Below, piece after piece: positions 1-7,882 of a DNA stretch of 64,000 nucleotides (position 1 is its first letter; the number at the start of each line of letters is the position of its first letter). Position numbers and translations under genes: made by a program. The stretch lies in NCBI GenBank assembly GCA_035331565.1, contig DAOLKO010000017.1, forward strand, positions 30,832-94,831, read 5' to 3'. Below the pieces are notes generated by a model. That model was not told the DNA's origin. It was given only the letters and a program-made list of their open reading frames with translations, and searched no databases. The stretch comes from Blastocatellia bacterium (GTDB lineage Bacteria; Acidobacteriota; Blastocatellia; RBC074).

Positions 1-17
1 TTAATCGAGATAACGTG

Positions 18-49
18 CCAACAGCGATTGGAAAAAGTCGCTGTTGGCG
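18..49 (+). other. 11-bp-arm inverted repeat (GCCAACAGCGA/TCGCTGTTGGC) just upstream of the M28 peptidase RBS
   Basis: Perfect IR read directly from the sequence; function unknown (terminator of an upstream gene, or operator). Confidence 0.4.
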
Positions 50-70
50 ATCCCTTCGGAGGAAAAGCTT

Positions 71-1738
71 ATGTTCAATCGTCAATTTAGACGGGCAGTC
101 GCGCCGATTGCCGTCATTCTGATTCTGTGCCTGACAGTGGGCGCGCAACTTCCCGCGGTCGAAAAAGTTGACCTGGAAATGATGAAAAAAATCCGCGCGG
201 AAGGTCTGGAGCGCTCGCAGGTGATGGATACGCTCAGTTGGCTGACCGATGTCAACGGCGCGCGTTTGACGGGTTCGCCCGGCATGAAAGCCGCCAATGA
301 ATGGACGAAAAAGCGGCTGATGGAATACGGCCTGGTCAACGCCAATGTCGAAGCCTGGGGACAATTCGGTCGCGGCTGGTCTTTCGACAAAGTTTCCATT
401 CACGTCACCGCGCCCACGGCGTTTCCCGTCATCGGCTATCCCAAAGCCTGGACGCCTGGAACCAACGGCCCCGTCGTGGCCGAAGCCGTTTTCGCCGACA
501 TCAACAACGATGCGGACTTTGAAAAATACAAAGGCAAACTGAAAGGCGCGATTGTGCTGACTTCGCCCATGCGCCCGGTCAATGCACAATTCAAAGCCCC
601 CGGCGTCCGCTACACCGACGAAGAGTTGTTGAAAATGGCCAACGACGAAGCCGAACAACGAGGACGCGGCAATTTCAGCGACGAGCAGCGGCAACAAATG
701 ATTCAAGCCCAACAAATCGCCGCCAAGAAAACAGCCTTCTTAAAATCCGAGGGAGCCGCCGTGCTGGTGGACATTGACCGCATCAACAACAACGTCAACG
801 GCGGAACGGTTTTCGTCGGCAGCGGCGGCCCGCGCGACAAGGATCAACCCCAATCGCTTCCTTCGGTCACCATCGCCATCGAACATTACGGACGCATCAT
901 TCGCATGCTGCAAAAAGGCGTGAAGGTCAAAATGGAAGTTGAGGTCAAGGCGCAGTTCCACGACAACGATCTGATGGCTTACAACACCGTCGCCGAAATT
1001 CCCGGCACTGACAAAAAAGATGAACTCGTTATGCTCGGCGGTCACCTGGATTCCTGGCACACCGGAACCGGCGCGACGGACAACGCCGCCGGCTGCGCCG
1101 TCGCCATCGAAGCCGTCCGCATTTTGAAATCGCTCGGCGTGCAGCCGCGCCGCACTATCCGCATCGGCCTGTGGAGCGGCGAAGAGCAAGGCTTGTTGGG
1201 TTCGCGCGGTTATGTCGCCAAACACTTCGGCTCACGTCAGTCCGCGCCCGGACAACAGGGCGGCGGCGGCGGCAGACCCGGTGGTGGAGGCGGCGGCGGC
1301 GGATTCGGCGGCCCGCAAGGCCCAGTGGTTCCGCTGCCGGATTACGACAAGTTTTCGGTCTATTTCAATCTGGACAACGGCACGGGCAAGGTTCGCGGCG
1401 TTTACCTGCAAGGCAACGAAGCCGCGCGTTCGATTTTCCGCGCCTGGCTTGCGCCGTTTAACGATCTGGGCGCTTCGACGCTGACCATTCGCAACACCGG
1501 CGGCACGGATCATTTGTCCTTCGACGGCATCGGCCTGCCCGGCTTCCAGTTCATTCAGGATGAAGTCGAATACAGCACCCGGACGCACCATTCCAACATG
1601 GACGTTTTTGACCGCATGCAAGCCGACGATATGAAACAGGCGGCGACGATCATGGCGGCCTTCGTTTACAACGCGGCCATGCGCGACGATAAATTCCCGC
1701 GCAAACCCTCCGCAGGCGCGCAAACCGCCAACCGCTAA
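71..1738 (+). CDS. Secreted M28-family metallopeptidase (PA-domain aminopeptidase-like)
   Basis: ORF 44..1738; likely start ATG 71 ([21 protein letters not shown] signal peptide) with a GGAGG RBS 8 nt upstream. M28 motifs [38 protein letters not shown]. Paralog at 24296..25993. Confidence 0.85.
   Translation: MFNRQFRRAVAPIAVILILCLTVGAQLPAVEKVDLEMMKKIRAEGLERSQVMDTLSWLTDVNGARLTGSPGMKAANEWTKKRLMEYGLVNANVEAWGQFGRGWSFDKVSIHVTAPTAFPVIGYPKAWTPGTNGPVVAEAVFADINNDADFEKYKGKLKGAIVLTSPMRPVNAQFKAPGVRYTDEELLKMANDEAEQRGRGNFSDEQRQQMIQAQQIAAKKTAFLKSEGAAVLVDIDRINNNVNGGTVFVGSGGPRDKDQPQSLPSVTIAIEHYGRIIRMLQKGVKVKMEVEVKAQFHDNDLMAYNTVAEIPGTDKKDELVMLGGHLDSWHTGTGATDNAAGCAVAIEAVRILKSLGVQPRRTIRIGLWSGEEQGLLGSRGYVAKHFGSRQSAPGQQGGGGGRPGGGGGGGGFGGPQGPVVPLPDYDKFSVYFNLDNGTGKVRGVYLQGNEAARSIFRAWLAPFNDLGASTLTIRNTGGTDHLSFDGIGLPGFQFIQDEVEYSTRTHHSNMDVFDRMQADDMKQAATIMAAFVYNAAMRDDKFPRKPSAGAQTANR
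1258..1316 (+). repeat. (GGC)n-rich simple-sequence tract encoding a poly-Gly insert ([22 protein letters not shown]) inside the M28 peptidase
   Basis: Read directly from the sequence; the insert is absent from the paralog at 24296..25993. Confidence 0.85.
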
Positions 1739-1765
1739 ATCCGAAAACCAACCCCCAACCGAAAC

Positions 1766-1812
1766 GGCGAAAGAGCGCGACCGAAGTCCGGCTCTTTCGC
1801 CGTTTCTTTTTC
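1766..1812 (+). terminator. Rho-independent terminator after the M28 peptidase gene
   Basis: GGCGAAAGAGC-loop-GCTCTTTCGCC stem followed by GTTTCTTTTTC. Confidence 0.7.
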
Positions 1813-1950
1813 CCACTGCGACAACGTTGGCCAAGCGGCAGAGGTGCGCGGAAACGGATTTTTCTCTTCACGGATGCCTGTGGTAGCATCCATTTGCTTT
1901 TACGAACCAAATTGTTTCCAAATTCAGAAGGAGAGACCTTAAGGAACGCT

Positions 1951-2967
1951 ATGGCTATCTCATTGCGCCAGGCCCTGAGTGTGGGCGGCTACATCTTCAA
2001 ACAAAAATTCAAAGGCAATAAACGCTACCCGCTGGTATTGATGCTGGAACCGCTCTTCCGCTGCAATCTGGCCTGCGTCGGCTGCGGCAAGATTCAGTAT
2101 CCGGGCGAGATTTTGAAAAAGAACATGTCGCCCGAACAGGCTTTCAAAGCGATTGACGAATGCGGCGCGCCTGTCGTCACCATCGCCGGCGGCGAACCGT
2201 TGCTTCATCCTGAAATCGAAGTAATTGCCAAAGGCATGGTCGAGCGCAAAAAGTTCGTCTACCTTTGCACCAATGCCATTCTGCTCGAAAAAAACATGCA
2301 TCGCTTTGAACCCTCGCCTTATCTGACCTTCAACGTCCATCTGGACGGAATGAAAGAGCGTCACGATCACGCGGTGGATCGCGACGGCATTTTCGACATC
2401 GCCGTCAGCGCCATCAAAAAAGCCAAAGCTGCGGGCTTTCGCGTCAACACCAACACCACTGTCTTCGAGGGCGAAACCGCCGAAGGCTTGCACGAAATGT
2501 TCGATATGCTGATGGAACTCGGCGTGGATGGGATGACGATTGCGCCCGGCTACAGTTATGAAAAAGCGCCGGATCAGGATCACTTCCTTTCGCGCCGGCA
2601 AACCAACGCGCTGTTTCGTCAGGTGCTCGCTCCGCTTTCATCGAAAAAAGGCAAGAAATGGGTTTTCAATCAATCGCCGCTCTATCTGAAATTCCTGATG
2701 GGCGAGATTGAGTACGAATGCACGCCCTGGGGAAGTCCGAATTACAACATCTTCGGCTGGCAAAAACCCTGCTATATGTTCAGCGACGGCTACGCCCAGA
2801 CCTTCAAGGAATACATGGAAGAGACAACCTGGGAAAACTACGGACGCAAAAGCGGCAATGCCAAATGCCAGGATTGCATGATGCATTGCGGCCACGAACC
2901 GACCGCCGCCATTGACGCCACCAGCAATCTGAAAGGCATGCTGGTTTCTATTCGCGGTTTGAGTTAA
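1951..2967 (+). CDS. hpnH: Hopanoid biosynthesis radical SAM protein HpnH (adenosylhopane synthase)
   Basis: ORF 1894..2967; start ATG 1951 (MAISLRQ) with a [22 protein letters not shown] radical-SAM cluster motif. Near full-length similarity to known HpnH ([16 protein letters not shown]...GWQKPCY). Confidence 0.9.
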   Translation: MAISLRQALSVGGYIFKQKFKGNKRYPLVLMLEPLFRCNLACVGCGKIQYPGEILKKNMSPEQAFKAIDECGAPVVTIAGGEPLLHPEIEVIAKGMVERKKFVYLCTNAILLEKNMHRFEPSPYLTFNVHLDGMKERHDHAVDRDGIFDIAVSAIKKAKAAGFRVNTNTTVFEGETAEGLHEMFDMLMELGVDGMTIAPGYSYEKAPDQDHFLSRRQTNALFRQVLAPLSSKKGKKWVFNQSPLYLKFLMGEIEYECTPWGSPNYNIFGWQKPCYMFSDGYAQTFKEYMEETTWENYGRKSGNAKCQDCMMHCGHEPTAAIDATSNLKGMLVSIRGLS

Positions 2968-3009
2968 TTGAAGCCTGGGCAAATTAAACTTGAATGAAAT
3001 CGACAGGTT

Positions 3010-3096
3010 CACGCAAAGCCGCCAAGCCACAAAGAGGAAAGAGATTAAGACGAGCCTTTTTCCCTTCTTGTCTTTGCGTCTTGGCGGCTTTGCGTG
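3010..3096. terminator. Extended inverted repeat (17-bp perfect arms CACGCAAAGCCGCCAAG / CTTGGCGGCTTTGCGTG, 53-nt spacer) between convergent hpnH and the FGE-domain gene; possible bidirectional terminator
   Basis: IR read directly. No canonical U-tract, so terminator function is inferred from its position only. Confidence 0.4.
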
Positions 3097-3120
3097 AGAG
3101 CTAATCGGCACTCAAGCCGG

Positions 3121-4524
3121 TCAAAGAACTTTGCTGATGGCCACGCGAAAGCCCTGATCGTTGCGGCGCAGCGTGGGATGGCCATAATCAATGCGAAAGG
3201 CCGAACGGCAGTTGACGGCCGCGTCCACCCACGAACAACCGCGAATTACGCGCGGACGATCCCAGTGGGCGTGCTTCAATATCAGGCCGCTGAACTTCAG
3301 CGTTTGCTCTTCACCGATTTCGGTTTTCAGCCTGGCAAGAATCTTTTCTTCTCCGACAAACACATAATCCTTGAGCCGCCGCAGTTTGGTCAGCGTGTCA
3401 TCCGGCATCCCCTGCGACCGCAAGACGACCAGCGTCTGTTCGACAATGTTGAAGCCCTGCTCCTGTCCTTCCCACGAAGACCCGTCCGTCGGCGCGCCTT
3501 GATAATTCGTATGCCATTGATCCTGGCACCATTCCCAGACGTTGCCGTACATATCGAACAAGCCGAAAGCGTTGGCGCGTCCCAGACTGCCGACCGGAAC
3601 GGTTTTCTCGCGGTATTCGCCTGCGCCCTGCGTTTTCCAGTAAGGGTGATTGCCGTTGTAATTGACGATGGCCGGCGTGATGGTTTCGCCGAAAGCATAA
3701 GGCAGGGAGCTTCCGGCGCGGGCGGCGTATTCCCATTCCGCTTCGGTCAACAGGCGATATGCTCTGCCGGTTCGACGTTCCAACCGGGCGCAGAATTCCT
3801 GTGCTTCAAACCAGGAGACGGTTTCCACCGGCAATTTGTCGTCGTCTTTGAAAGACGATGGATCGGGCTTCAATTCAATTTTGACTTTCGGCCATTGGGC
3901 GACGACGCGCCATTGTTCCCGCGTGATTTCGTATTTGCCCGCCCAGAATTGCGCGACCTTCACCTGATGCAGCGGACGTTCGTTTTCCGGGCCGAGTTCG
4001 CCGGACGCCGCGCCCATGGTGAAAACGCCGCCGGGAACTTCCACCAATTCCAGCCAGATGTCCGAATCCAGCGGTTCGCGAAAAGTCTTCACGGTCTTTT
4101 CCGGCTCGTCCTTGATCTTGCCTCGCCTGTCGTAAAGCGCCGTTTTGAAGCGGATCGTTTCCAGTACCGGCGCAATAGTTTTCGGAGTTTTGCCGGCCGT
4201 AGGCGCGGGCGGAACAGAGTCGGCGTCCAACGTCAGCACAGGCGGCACTGTCGGCGCTGAAACCAAAACCGGCGCAAGCGCGATGGAAGAAACGTCCGCA
4301 ATTTCCGGCAACGAAATCGGCTTAGGTTTTGCGGCAGACGTTTCGGCAACTTTTACGGCTTTGGGTTTTGAAGTCTTTCGTTCAGGGACGAGGATCACGC
4401 CGCCTTGCTTTTGCGCCGCGCCGAACCAACACGAACCGAGCGCGAACAGTAAACACAGCGTCCAGGCGCTGCGAACGGCGAGTCGCCGAAGATGTGTTTG
4501 GGCTTTCATGAAAGGAATCTCCAA
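3121..4524 (-). CDS. FGE-sulfatase (SUMF1-like) domain protein, copy B; N-terminal TM/signal, Pro-rich linker; ~75-aa insertion inside the FGE-like domain
   Basis: FGE-sulfatase domain hallmarks (WLELVEVPGGVFTMG, RVVAQWPK, GNVWEWCQD, RGCSWVDAAVNCRSAFR...GFRVA). Alternative start at ATG 4509. Paralog of 6646..7866. Confidence 0.8.
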   Translation of the reverse strand: MEIPFMKAQTHLRRLAVRSAWTLCLLFALGSCWFGAAQKQGGVILVPERKTSKPKAVKVAETSAAKPKPISLPEIADVSSIALAPVLVSAPTVPPVLTLDADSVPPAPTAGKTPKTIAPVLETIRFKTALYDRRGKIKDEPEKTVKTFREPLDSDIWLELVEVPGGVFTMGAASGELGPENERPLHQVKVAQFWAGKYEITREQWRVVAQWPKVKIELKPDPSSFKDDDKLPVETVSWFEAQEFCARLERRTGRAYRLLTEAEWEYAARAGSSLPYAFGETITPAIVNYNGNHPYWKTQGAGEYREKTVPVGSLGRANAFGLFDMYGNVWEWCQDQWHTNYQGAPTDGSSWEGQEQGFNIVEQTLVVLRSQGMPDDTLTKLRRLKDYVFVGEEKILARLKTEIGEEQTLKFSGLILKHAHWDRPRVIRGCSWVDAAVNCRSAFRIDYGHPTLRRNDQGFRVAISKVL

Positions 4525-4544
4525 GGTAGGTCTGCCCGCGCGTT

Positions 4545-6512
4545 TCAGTTGCCGGCAAATTTCAAGTTGATGTCGAAAATCAGAGGCTGCGGACTTTCCG
4601 TGTTGCTGACGACGTTAGCCGTTGTGCCGCGTCCGCTGAAATCTTCAATGCTGCCGGGCGCAATTGCGCCGAGTTGGGATTGAAGCGATTTGATCGGCTC
4701 GGGTTGGGATTTCACCTGCCTGACCGCCGCGTCGAAGTTCTCTATTCGATTGCGCGACATCACCACGGTGAATCGCAACTGTTCGCCCGCCGCCAGACCG
4801 CGAATTCTTTGTCCGTTGGGAAAGACGAATTCACGCCCGGCGTCCAGTCGCGCACCGCCGGGCAAAAACGCCGTCAATTGTCCGCTGCGTCCGTCCAGCG
4901 CGAGCAAGTACAAATAACCGTCTGCGCGGGATTTGAAATGAAGCTTGAATTCCCGCGCAGACGGCAGTTCGTGATTCGCAACGGCCAGTGACTGCCCACC
5001 GGTGAATTGCTCGAACCAATACTGCAACTGTTCGGGCACGGGCGAAGGCGAAGCGGCGGGTCGAGTCGGCGCGGGCGCGGGCGGCAATGGTTGCGAAGCC
5101 GTTTTGGTCTCGCTTTGCTGCCACAGCCAAAAAACCAGCAAGATCATCAAAACACTGACCGCAGCCGCAGCCCAACGCGCGCGCGGCAGACGAGCATTTT
5201 GAGTTTTCGGCTTCAGCGTCGGGGGCGGCAAATCTGTGTTTTTTTTCGGCGGAAACACTTCAACCGGCGCTTCGACAGGCAGAGGTTTCTCTTCCCTGCT
5301 CTTTCGCGCGTCTTCCGACTTCGCTGCCTCTGTCCGAAGCGATTTTCCAGCCCGGCCAAGTTCCAGCCGCTGTTGGTCCTGAAGTCGTTCTTCTTCCAAT
5401 TCGCGCAACGCGGCTTGACGGCGGCTTTGCTGCAACTGGCGGCGGCGTTCTTCGGCTTGTTTGCGTTGATGTTCCAGGTCGCGTTGGCGTGCTTCACGAT
5501 GGCGTTGTTCTTCTTCGCGGCGGCGCTGTTCGGCGAGAAAACGTTTCTCTTCATCGCGGCGGCGCTGTTCGGCTTCGCGCTGCTCGTTGGCGGCTATTTC
5601 CTGCTGACGGCGGCGCTCGGTTTCAATTTGAAGCTTGCGCTCTTCCGCCTCACGGCGGCGTTTCGCCTCCGCCTCTGAATCTTGCGCAATGGAAGGGTTT
5701 TCGCCTTCCTGTCGCGCCTGTCGCAAAGCCTCGCGCATGACGTTGGCGCTTTGAAAGCGGGCTTCCCGGTTAAGCGCCAAAGCGCGAAAAATCACCTCGG
5801 CCACGGCTTGCGGCACTTGCGGGTTGAGTTCGTACAGCGGAGTCAGCGGATCGGGCACTTTATAACGCAAGACATCCGCGCGCATTTTGGCGTTGTCAGG
5901 CAATTGGCCCGACAACAGGAAATGCAGCGTCGCACCGAGCGAATATAAATCGCTGCGCGCATCCGTGGCCTCCCCGTTCAACTGTTCCAGCGGCAGATAA
6001 TTCAAAGCCTCCGTCTGAAGCTTGCCCGACGCCGCAACTCCAACGCTCAAGTCCGTCAGAAACAGCGCGCCTTGCGGCGTCAGCTTCAGCGCTTGCGGTT
6101 TGATGCCGCGATGAAAAATCGGCGGTTGCCGGTCGTGCAGGCAATTCAGCGCGTCCAGCAGCCTGTCGGCCCAGTCCGCCACCTGCCGCCAGTCAAATGG
6201 TTTTGCGTCCTTGTTCAACAGTTCGGCCAGACTTTGGCCGGGAATGAATTCGGCTACCAGAAATTGACTACTGCCTTCGATGAAAGAATCCAGGATTTTC
6301 GGCAGCGCCGGATGTTGCAGCTTTGCCAACGCGGCGACTTCTTGTTGAAAGCGTTTGTGAGCTTCAGGCGAGCGGGAAAAAGTTTCCCTGATCTCCACGG
6401 CGGCGGGTTCCAGATGCGTGGCCTCGGCTTCGTAAATAATCGCGGTGTCGCCTTGCACCAGCAGGCGTTTTATCAGATAGCGGGTTTGCAAGAGGGTTCC
6501 ATTCGCCAACAT
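4545..6512 (-). CDS. Predicted pseudokinase (Ser/Thr-kinase fold with degenerate catalytic motifs), ER/K-rich charged helix, TM helix, extracytoplasmic C-terminal domain
   Basis: Paralog of the kinase at 7883..9757 (both begin MLANGTLLQ.RYLIKR). Gly-loop is VQGDTAIIY, VAIK is VEIRE, catalytic loop is HRGIKPQALKL (D to G, N to A), DFG is DLS, APE is LPLEQ. Confidence 0.75.
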   Translation of the reverse strand: MLANGTLLQTRYLIKRLLVQGDTAIIYEAEATHLEPAAVEIRETFSRSPEAHKRFQQEVAALAKLQHPALPKILDSFIEGSSQFLVAEFIPGQSLAELLNKDAKPFDWRQVADWADRLLDALNCLHDRQPPIFHRGIKPQALKLTPQGALFLTDLSVGVAASGKLQTEALNYLPLEQLNGEATDARSDLYSLGATLHFLLSGQLPDNAKMRADVLRYKVPDPLTPLYELNPQVPQAVAEVIFRALALNREARFQSANVMREALRQARQEGENPSIAQDSEAEAKRRREAEERKLQIETERRRQQEIAANEQREAEQRRRDEEKRFLAEQRRREEEQRHREARQRDLEHQRKQAEERRRQLQQSRRQAALRELEEERLQDQQRLELGRAGKSLRTEAAKSEDARKSREEKPLPVEAPVEVFPPKKNTDLPPPTLKPKTQNARLPRARWAAAAVSVLMILLVFWLWQQSETKTASQPLPPAPAPTRPAASPSPVPEQLQYWFEQFTGGQSLAVANHELPSAREFKLHFKSRADGYLYLLALDGRSGQLTAFLPGGARLDAGREFVFPNGQRIRGLAAGEQLRFTVVMSRNRIENFDAAVRQVKSQPEPIKSLQSQLGAIAPGSIEDFSGRGTTANVVSNTESPQPLIFDINLKFAGN

Positions 6513-6645
6513 AAAATTTACTTGTGGAAAGATCGGGGCGAACAGGTCGAAACTGAAAGGCCGGCATTATCCAGAAAGCAGCCGAGGCTGACAATACAAA
6601 TCTTCACGGAAGATTCACTCTCAAAAAATGCCCGACACACAGCCG

Positions 6646-7866
6646 TCAAAAAGGTTTGCCGACCGCGACCCGAAAGCCTTGATCCTTGCGCCGCACCTGA
6701 GCGGTGCCATAAGTCACGCGCCTTGCAGACCGGCAATCAGGCGCGGCGTCTTCATAAGAACCGCCACGAATCACCGGCCCTGCATTTCCGCTCATCCAGG
6801 CAGAGCCATCCGCAGGAGCGCCGTCATAGTTCGGATGCCATCTGTCCTGACACCATTCCACGACATTGCCGTGCATATCGAATAATCCAAATGCATTGGC
6901 TTTTCCAAGACTTCCCACCGCAACTGTTTTCCGGCGTCCTTCCGCCTTGATTTGAAAAGGCCAAAAAGGCTGGCTCCCGTCATAATTCACAATGCCCACA
7001 TTGATGGTTTCGCCGAAAGCGAATGCTGTGGTTGTTGCCGCGCGGGCGGCATATTCCCATTCAGCCTCTGTCGGCAAACGATATTCCCTGCCGGTGGCGG
7101 CGGCCAAACGAGCGCAAAACTCCACGGCTTCGTCCCAGGTAATTCTTTCGGCGGGTAGATTTTTGTCCCCTTTGAAAGCTGACTGATCTTCCAGATTGAT
7201 CTTCACTTTGGGCAGTTCGGCAACCGCACGCCATTGTTCCTGGGTGACTTCAAACTGACCGATCCAGAATTTTTTGATGGCCACTTTATGCACCGGACGC
7301 TCTTCTTTCGTTTGTCCATTGCGGTCGGTTTCCCCTTCCGGCGTCCCCATCAGGAACTCTCCGCCGGGAATCTCCACCATTTCCAACCAAACGTTGTCAT
7401 TGATGTACTCACGATAAAACCTGACGGATTTGGCGCTTTCCTGCGTGATCTTTTCCCGCCTGTCCATCGTCAAGGTCTTGAAGTTAAAGACCTCAATCAA
7501 TGGCGGCGGCGGTTTCGGAATCACCGTTTCGTCAATCAACGGTAAATTTGGAAAGAACCAAGTCCCTTCCCATCGGAAAAAACCTGCCAACCGCGGACGT
7601 TGGCTGTAAGCAATTTCAGGCAAACTGACAGGTGTCGGCGTGAGCAATGGTTTTGGTGTCGGTGATGGAGTTGGCTTCACGGTTGGTTTGGGCGATGGTC
7701 GTGGAGTGGTTTTCGCCGTGGTGGAAGTTTTACCTCCCGGTTTGATTCTGATTCCCTGAGCATCAGCTCGCCCCCAAAAGCTGAAATGAAACAACAAACA
7801 AGCAGCCATGCAGATAGCGAGGGCGCTAAAAACCACGACCAACCTGATCTGCCTTGTCAGTTTCAT
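6646..7866 (-). CDS. FGE-sulfatase (SUMF1-like) domain protein, copy A; N-terminal TM, Pro/Thr-rich linker
   Basis: ORF 6646..8010 trimmed to ATG 7866 (MKLTRQIRLVVVF) with a GGAGGA RBS. FGE-domain motifs (WLEMVEIPGGEFLMG, GNVVEWCQD, RGGSYEDAAPDCRSARR...GFRVA). Confidence 0.8.
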   Translation of the reverse strand: MKLTRQIRLVVVFSALAICMAACLLFHFSFWGRADAQGIRIKPGGKTSTTAKTTPRPSPKPTVKPTPSPTPKPLLTPTPVSLPEIAYSQRPRLAGFFRWEGTWFFPNLPLIDETVIPKPPPPLIEVFNFKTLTMDRREKITQESAKSVRFYREYINDNVWLEMVEIPGGEFLMGTPEGETDRNGQTKEERPVHKVAIKKFWIGQFEVTQEQWRAVAELPKVKINLEDQSAFKGDKNLPAERITWDEAVEFCARLAAATGREYRLPTEAEWEYAARAATTTAFAFGETINVGIVNYDGSQPFWPFQIKAEGRRKTVAVGSLGKANAFGLFDMHGNVVEWCQDRWHPNYDGAPADGSAWMSGNAGPVIRGGSYEDAAPDCRSARRVTYGTAQVRRKDQGFRVAVGKPF

Positions 7867-7882
7867 GTTCCTCCGATTTCTT

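Noticed and set aside
1739-1950. Looked for tRNA, rRNA or riboswitch genes in this and the other larger intergenic regions (2968..3120, 9758..9889, 20420..20564, 25994..26080, 27461..27554, 32108..32583, 34447..34705, 53216..53576)
   Set aside because: No cloverleaf-compatible GTTC/TPsiC-type signatures and no rRNA-like conserved stretches recognised by eye. This cannot exclude small ncRNAs without covariance-model scans.
3094-4260. 388-aa + strand ORF (also 6072..6950 +, 8336..9058 +, 9194..9790 +)
   Set aside because: Antisense to the FGE-domain and kinase genes, which have clear domain signatures. Arg-rich artefacts.
4545-6512. Alternative explanation that the pseudokinase motif losses are sequencing errors
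   Set aside because: The substitutions are in-frame point differences spread across five separate motifs, with the ORF remaining intact for 655 aa. That is consistent with genuine divergence rather than indel errors. This can still be tested by resequencing.
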